A stretch of 64,000 bases of DNA from contig OX597823.1 of the NCBI GenBank assembly GCA_951406725.2, positions 43,772,001-43,836,000 of the forward strand, written 5' to 3'. This stretch comes from Octopus vulgaris (taxonomy: Eukaryota). Positions 55,853 to 64,000 of this stretch are shown one piece after another. Numbering within the stretch: position 1 is the first letter of the stretch; the number at the start of each line of letters is the position of its first letter. A program made the translations under genes and the position numbers. Under the pieces are notes generated by a model that was given only the letters and a program-made list of their open reading frames with translations, was not told where the DNA came from and did no database searches.

Positions 55853-56050
55853 CAGCTCGTGGTAGCAGAATCGATACCGCGGCTGACAAAACGCTTAGCG
55901 GTATTGATTCCGGCATTTTACTTTCAAATTCCGGCGAGATCAACTTTACCTTTCATTCTTTCTGGGTCGGTAAAATATGCACCAGTTAAACACTGAGGTC
56001 GGTGTAATCGACTTACCCACTTACCGAAATTAATGGTCTTGTGCTAAAAT
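55853..56050 (+). mobile_element. Degraded Nin/Deu-domain SINE; another at ~61430-61590
   Basis: caaattccggcgagatcaactttacctttcattctttctgggtcggtaaaatatgcaccag is homologous to the 48304 copy. Confidence 0.75.
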
Positions 56051-59000
56051 TATTATTATTATTAACGCAGTCATAAAGTATATAATCTATCTGAAATAAA
56101 CAAATTCTAAATATTCTGTTTTATAAGTATCTTGCGGATTGTCTTGCAAAAGGGGTGCCGCATCAGCCACTCAGTTTCAAGGCTTTCTTTCTTCAGGAGC
56201 AACAGTTACATCCCAAATGGACAAAGGGTAGTACTATTTCTGTGTTTAAGGACATCAGCGGAAGTTGTCAAAATGCCCGAAAAAAAAGAAAAAAAAAAGA
56301 CGGTGTCTATCTATTACTCACATGGTGATATGTGCTTAAGTTATCTTCTAACTCTCTACGATCTGTGATCGAGATTATGAGATATTGAAAATGAAGAATG
56401 TCACAACAGGTGTCAACATATATGCGCGAGTATCCCACGACCCGAACGAGAAACGTATGATCGCAACTGTGCATCAGTTACTACCGCGTATAAATGTGAA
56501 AGGTAGTTTGAAATGTATTCAAGATGGATCGCATTAGCTGAACCACTACTTCTTCGTAAAGGCCTAATTGAAAAGTGGTAGAGGAAACCAAAGAGGAAAC
56601 AAAGCTTATATGAGATCTTGCTATGATGAAATTTAGGACATATTTCTGTCATTCTGTGTATAGATATTTCTGCTATTCTCGTATAAAAGCAAAATATGAG
56701 ATTATTGATTGTCAAATTCTAAATGAAATATCGAAAATGACAGCTAATAATATAGCTGAGAAAATATGAGAAATGTGGATTAAGATGATTTCAAAAAGGG
56801 AAATCTAATCCTGATTTTTGTAGGAAGGAAAATAATTGTTTGTTAGAGAAGATGCTGCGAATTACGGCAAGAATTCATTAGTAGGATGTTCTATAAACAT
56901 CATCGTGCACTAGTGGCCACAAACACAATCGCTGTTCGATGAATATGCCACGAACTTTTCACTTCCGCAAAGCATCAGGTAAACTCAATTAAAGTCGTAG
57001 CCAAAATATAACGCGGCATTCCACCAACAGAACAATTATTCCGAGGATCAATATTCGTAACTGTTCTCTTCCTCCAGTGGAACGTACATTCCATTGCTTG
57101 AGGTGGGGGAATGGATGCTTCACCCAAACTTCATCCATTTGGACAAATGCTATTCTTTTCTCCTTGTCCAACGCCCATTAGCGCTACGCTTGGCTGTCGC
57201 CACCCATACTCGAACACTGCACTCTGAGGTACCAACACCACCACCCGCCCTTATCTGGAGAACACGTTACGTTAGAATGCACTATTTTGAAGATAGTTAC
57301 GTCTGCTTTCTGCCGTGGTCTTCATAGATCGATTGTGTTTTTCTATGATTCCATATGCAGCTATACTGAAGGAAATGCGGTATTGCAACCTAACAAAACT
57401 TCACACACACGCATTCATATATACAATGCATACACACGTACTGACAGACACACAAACATTTGATAGAGGCTCAGTTAAAGTTGAGTCACCGATGTCCATT
57501 AAGATATAGATACTTGTGGAATATACAAAAAATGAGGACGAGAGAAAAATATATAAAAAAAGAAAAGGATGGGACACACATTATTGAAATGTATGTTCCA
57601 TCCAGGGTCGATTTCTGGTTAAGCAATAACAGCAACAACAATCAAAACACCATCATCATCAACAACGACAACAAAAACCAATATGACAGCAGTAATAATA
57701 ACAGCAAAAATAGCACACCATCTGCAGCAACCACCATCATCGTTTTTTCCTACCACAGTTTTTCTCTATTATTTGGTAGCTTTTGTTCAATTAATGATTT
57801 TTGCATATACTGGAGCAAATATGCATTCCATGCCTGTACCGCTAAATGAAGATAGTTTTTTTTCCCATTAAAAAAGACTGTATTGTTCGCAAGAATATAA
57901 CTGACTGCGTTTGTTATAAACTCTATAATAAGTCTGCAGAGAATAGTCTAAGTGGGTTTTTGAATTTCAGCTCATTAGACAATAAATAATGAATATGGCG
58001 ATAGTGGACGACAAAATGACTGAAGCAACACCATATTGCTACCAAGGTTGTGTGAGACGCTAAGTTGGTTGAGATGCTTGCCTCGGTGGGTCGACGGATA
58101 TAAAATAGTGTAAGGTAAGGTTAGATTTGACTTTTTTATTGTAAGAAGTCACACATACAAATTTAGATTACTGTTATTTATTTATTTTGTTTTTAGAGTT
58201 TTGCTAGCTCGTTCTAAGAAGTAAACTTTAAATCAGAGGATATAATGGATGGATATAATGGATGGACATGGAACACAAAAGGAAAAGAGAACCAGGGGCA
58301 TCTCTACATTCATGAAGGAAGTAGTTGTGGGCATCTTCATTGTTTCCGGTGACCATTGGACTTTTATATTTCCTCGTTTTGAGCTAAGAACAAGTGACAT
58401 TTTCCTTGCGAGTGCCCTAGCACATTCTCGCGGAGTAGGAAGTCATTAACCGTTGGAAAACCAAATTAATTTGTTCGTCTATTTTAAAACAAGCTATTTC
58501 GGAGAATACTGCATATAAAATGTCGGAAAGTGTTCTAAGGTTAGTAGCAAAAATATGTGATCTTTTAATAATAAGAGAAGTGGTTAAAATATTCATAGCT
58601 ACAAATATTTTATTTCTACCTATTAACAGCTTTTAGATATATTTAATATATGTTCCTTGGATAGGATCCCAACTCACTATGAAAATAAACTTTCCCCAAA
58701 ATGCTAATTTTTTAATGGTAAACCTATGTAGGCCAAAGTGATGTACTTAGAAGGATATCGTAATATTTACTGCCCATGTCACAATTCATCATTGATTAGT
58801 CCAATACTGTCTTCATTCATCAATCTTAAGTTTTACACCTTGTCAGCCTGGCGATTTTGGTGTCTCGATAAATAAATACAAATGAGTCAAAGTGTAACTG
58901 TTACTCGAGAGAAATAGCAACAAAATCTCCTTTATATCACAATCATTCCTCTAAAAAACGAAACGACACATTGGATAGTGTAGTCCTAGATAGACCGTCT

Positions 59001-59149
59001 GAAAATAAAAGTCAGAATGATCGCAATTGGAACAATTTTATAGCTTACTCGGTAAAGGAAGAGTAGTACTCATGACTGTTTTGGGGGCTGCAGAGATCAG
59101 TGGGAGGAAGGTGGGAGTTGCATTCAGACTGGAAATATCCTCCTCATTT

Positions 59150-59480
59150 AAGGTCTGTTGGACAGTTGGACAGTTGGGTTGGACAGTTCAGTGGCATTTA
59201 AGGAGTTGGAAGACTACATCGAGTTCCAACATCTGCTTTGGCCTGGTTTCTACAGTTAGGTGTCTTTCCTAATGTCAATCACTTTACAGAGATTAGTAGA
59301 CGCTTTTTCGTGGCACCGGCACTCATGAAGTCGCCAAGTAACTTGCAAGGTAATCCCCATTAACCGAGTGTAGAGTAATATTGAGATAGGTTGCTTTATG
59401 ATAGGTGATGAGAGGCTAAAGTATGATATGAGATGAACAGATGTCTTCTTGTAAAGGAGATACATGGCTGCCAAGCTGAG
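59150..59480 (-). mobile_element. Degraded SINE-like interspersed repeat; related copy at ~31900-32100
   Basis: Shared segments atctgcttt..ggtttcta/cagct...ttcc.aa..tcaa.ca.tttacag between the two loci. Confidence 0.55.
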
Positions 59481-60529
59481 CTACAAGAAAGTGAGTATTT
59501 GGTAGAATACGATCAGAAGATTGCAAAAGGTGGACCTGTTGGTAAATTCACGAAAATATAAAAAGAGAATGACCAATGATTGGAGATGGAGATAGAAGTG
59601 AATACAGAGAATAATGGACAGCGGTAGAAGTTTAATCAATTGTGAATATTAGTTTGGGGAAACGTAAAGAAAATAGAATTGAGTCAGAGAGAACGAGGGG
59701 AAGTCGAGTAACAACACAAAAGAAAGCGGGTGAAGGGCGATAGTATAATAAAAGTGTACATAGGTGGAGAAGAGGGAGGCCAAGCCCCGAATATTTGAAA
59801 GAAAGCGTATGTCGATAGAATCACTTTAGAACCACGTGATTACGTTATATAAAATAACAATTAGGTCGACCACTCAAAACCATGTTTCCACACACAAACT
59901 CTTTCTTCGACTCCAGAAATTGATGGAAGACACTTACCTGAGATCGAACCGATGCCTTAATCCCGTAGTCTTTTCTATGCACCTGATCATACGTTTGTTC
60001 GTTTGCTCAATCAAAGGTGACCAGGGATTAAGCACTAATACCACCAGGTTACTTTGAAAACCAAACTATTGTGCTTCGTGATTTTTCTGGTTTCACTTCC
60101 CCACCACAAATTCTTCAACAATGTCTATGACTCACGGTTTTTAGGTTTCATCTCATTTCTGAATCAGAGTTCTGAGTTCACATCACATCTATGTTGAATA
60201 GTTTTCTTTTCTTTTCTTGGTATAATTATCAGTAAATATTTGGACTTATCCAAACAGGTCACCGGGTAAGTAAAAGTAAATAACAAGCAGCCCACTTCCA
60301 CGAGCGAGCCATACCCACCGCCTTTACATAAAAAGACTGGATACGGAGAAGGAAAGTAATGTGTACAGACTGACATATTGTATTCTAATTGATGTGCCAC
60401 TGTATTTTGGATGGTACAGTGTGATTGTCAACTATGAGGGGCGCATGCTTTATCTGGAACAATGGAATCTGTAGCTTATATTCAAGCATTCGATCGACTA
60501 CAAACGTGCCATAAAGCAAGCACATCTTT

Positions 60530-61113
60530 TCTACTCCAAACACAAGGCCCGAAATTTTTGGGGAGGGGCCAGTCGATTAGATCGCTACCAGTACGCAACT
60601 GGTACTTAATTTATCGACCCCGAAAGAATGAAAGGATAAGTCGACCTTAGCGGAATTTGAACTCAGGACGTAAAAACAGACAAAATACCTATTTCTTTAC
60701 TACCCACAAGGGGCTAAACACAGAGAGGACAAACAAGGACAGACAAACGGATTAAGTCGATTATATCGACCCAGTGCATAACTGGTACTTATTTAATCGA
60801 TCCCGAAAGGATGAAAGGCAAAATCAACCTCGGTGGAATTTGAACTCAGAACGTAGCGGCAGATGAAATACGGCTACGCGTTTCGCCCGGCGTGCTAAGG
60901 TTTCTTATTTCTTTATTGTTTTAAACATAGAGGGGACAAACAAGGACAGACAATCGGATTAAGAGGATTACATCGACCCCAGTGCGTAACTGTACTTATT
61001 TAATCGACACCGAAAGTCAACCTCGGCGGAATTTGAACTCAGAACGCAGCGGCAGACGAAATACTACAAAGCATTTCGTCCGGTGTGCTAACGTTTCTGC
61101 CAATTCGCCGCCT
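60530..61113 (-). mobile_element. Cluster of three joined Nin/Deu-domain SINE copies
   Basis: The core ggaatttgaactcag.acg occurs three times (~60652, 60835, 61028). Only the last copy keeps the ggcggcga head. Confidence 0.9.
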
Positions 61114-64000
61114 CCTAAAACAAGCAAAACTGAAGTAGAAATACACGAGAATTTTGTTTTTGATTTTTCCATGAGCCAAGTAAATGAGTATCATTTCCTA
61201 TTGTTGGTGGTAATGATGATGATGATGAGGTTGTTGTTGTTGATGAGGAGGAGGAAGAGGAGGAGATTGTTGCTATTGTTGATGATGATGACAATGAGGT
61301 TGTTGTTGTTAATGATGTTGTTATTGATGATGATGATGATGATGATTAACTCTTTCTTTATAAATGTGCAAAATAAAAGTTATGAGATACAGTGTAGTAC
61401 CAGACTAAACGCAGTTTGACTTTTAGCTAGTTCTCTGCACATTCTAAGTTCGAATTCAGCAGGAAATGGCTTTGTCTTTCGTTCCCCTAGGATCCATAAA
61501 ATAAGTATTCGTCAACTTTTGGAGTTGATCAAATTCCATCAATTCTTCAACACTTTTACAAATCTGTGGCCCCGTATCAATGGTAGAAAACTTTGATTTT
61601 ATTGTAGTTTTATAGTCGTTTATTTTAATTTTATCATTTAAATATAATGATTAAGAAAGTCGTTAAGATGGAACCAAGAGCCTGGCAGTAATTATAACGG
61701 ATACTGGATCTGATTTACTCAAGGACTGAAAATTAAAAAAAAAACGTATGTTTATCAACACACAGACAAAGGAGAGAAGGAGAGAGAGAGAGAGAGTGGG
61801 TAATTTTCTTGTGTGCAATCAGCATTAATCAATTTCTGGTGAGAAGATAATTAACAGAGTAGAGAAAATTGTCGCAACTAACTTGTTGAAATTTGAGAGG
61901 AGCTGGAAACAAATTTTACAAGACTTCATAAATTTTTAGATAATAACCGTGGGGAGAGTTGCTTTTAGTAGTCATTCTGTAGGGACCAGTTGTTTGGTCA
62001 GAAGCAGAATAAAAAATAGAATTCAATCCGAAGAAAAGCACTAAACTTCGAATGCTGAAAGCAAGTGCAATGTTAGAATGACTCATGAAGAAGAAGAACA
62101 AAAATTGAAACAGAAATATAAACGGGAGTTTAAAAATACATAAAAATACTGATTGAATAAAATATACAAATAAATATATATATAAATAAAAGAAAGAAAG
62201 AACTACATTTGTATTGCTCCGTCGAATTATTCTTCTACCAATCACTGAACAAGTGGACGATTTTCGCTGTTGAATAGCGAATCTAATACAAGAACAATGC
62301 TGAGAAGTGGAAAAGAAAAGACGTTTTAGCTGTCGAAATAAAACATGGAAAAGAACCGGAAAAAACAGCGTTTGTAAAATCAATTTCAAATTCACGTGAT
62401 CAATTATTATAACAGCTTTATTACAGACAACAACGACAACAACGTGAATAAGAACACAATAGCAATAAAAAACGGCAACAATAAGAATAATGTTAACAAT
62501 AGCAACAGTAAAATAAACACGCAGATATAATGCTTGGTCATGTTTTGTATTTCATTTTTTATGAATTTGTTCGACAATGAGAACATACACCACACCTTTT
62601 ACAAAAATAACAAAAACTTTATATAAAAATTACGAAAACGATAACAATTAAAAATAGCTAAAAAGACAAAAGAGAAAAAAGAAAGTAATAAAAGGTTTCT
62701 CCTTTTTTCAACAAATCGAAATTATGGGTCTGAGGACTTGAGATCTCGACACAGATTTGCTTCTACGGCATTTTAATGAAGATGTGATGGAAGTTATAGG
62801 AGGAATAAAAGTGAATAGAATGAATAAATTCCTCTTTCTTAGACTGAAAGTTCTTACAACGGTTGCTCTGACCTGCTTGAAACAGCAGCTAAATCTCCTA
62901 CAAATAAAGCATACCGTGGTTTTATATATTGTAATAATAGCTTGTAAAAAGGCATAACCAAGGATAACCAAGGACAAAACAACAACAACAACTGAAATTT
63001 ATTCGAATCGTGAAAGAAGAAAGACAAAATTTTGGTTGCTGTTTATCGCCATTTCATGGAGCACGTTTTTATAATTCACCGAATGATTAGATACGAGCAG
63101 CTTTATACCATCTCCCTACGGAGTATAAATAGTCAATCGAACGATTATATACGAGTAGGTTTGTAGAAAGTACTTATAGGACGTACTCAAGTCATTAGGT
63201 ACCAGTAAGTGCCGGGGTTAACAATACGATTACGTAAAAACCAGAGGTTTTTTTTCCTAAATAAATTTTCCAAGTCTAGCTGGACGACCTCACTGTGACA
63301 TCCAGCATACCATAGCAGATGATATAAAATATTGTGTGGTGGTATGCATGAGAGTTTCCTTTTCAGTCTCCAGTCGGTTTTGGTAACATTCTAAGATTAA
63401 AACGGGATAAGGTGCATTCGATCAAAGCACATCAATCGTTAGCTTCACATACCGAAAACAGCAGTATCGGTGACTAATATATTTATTGATATTGTTTCTA
63501 TTTACAAGTATATAGTTTTTGCGGCTTTTTCTTGGTTTGAATGGGATAGATAGCGTTCTTAGATAGTATTGTAATAGTGTTCTGGAGAGTTATAAATGTG
63601 TTTAGATGTTTAGATGTAATTGTATATATAGTGGCAGTGCCTTTGACGATGATACGTTCGATTATCCAAACAATCATTCAATTCGGGTGTTTTGGTTCCA
63701 TTATAAAGTTGGTATTCGAAGGCCCTCATTTTGGAGTTGCTTTTTTTATATTCTTCGTGGCTTCTTAAATTTTCTTGTAGAGAAATTGGTGACCCAGGCA
63801 GGCATCTAAATCGCTTAATATTAAAATTAATAATATCGAAATTATTATAAAAACTAACTGTTAAAATATGCTTTGCTAAGGAGTTCTAATAAGGCCAAAA
63901 CACTACTGAGTTGTCAAGCTCTCTGCCAATGGTCAAATTATATTTCCCTTTCTCTTCACTTCATTGCCTATTTTCAGTTTTAATTAATTAGATCTTCGTT

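Overview
AT-rich, repeat-dominated eukaryotic non-coding DNA. The SINE and microsatellite repertoire points to a coleoid cephalopod, probably Octopus (inference). I cannot support any intact host protein-coding gene. Nearly all listed ORFs are translated microsatellites. The real coding signal is transposon debris: three copies of a Tigger/pogo family, a Hero (RLE) LINE, an RTE LINE, a Dong/R4 LINE in (TAA)n, Tx1/L1 3' ends and Penelope-like (PLE) fragments including a Naiad-type GIY-YIG. There is also a non-autonomous Helitron, a TIR MITE, a foldback Mutator-like element and many tRNA-derived and Nin/Deu-domain SINEs. The main signal is RNA structure: eight hammerhead-ribozyme (HHR) motifs. 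Two of them (10879-10940, 22047-22107) have all catalytic-core nucleotides, but the strands are in a non-circularly permuted, pseudoknotted order and the stems covary between the two copies. A third, decayed example of the same topology sits in the Hero 3' UTR. All alignments and pairings were done by eye, and coordinates of decayed repeats are approximate.
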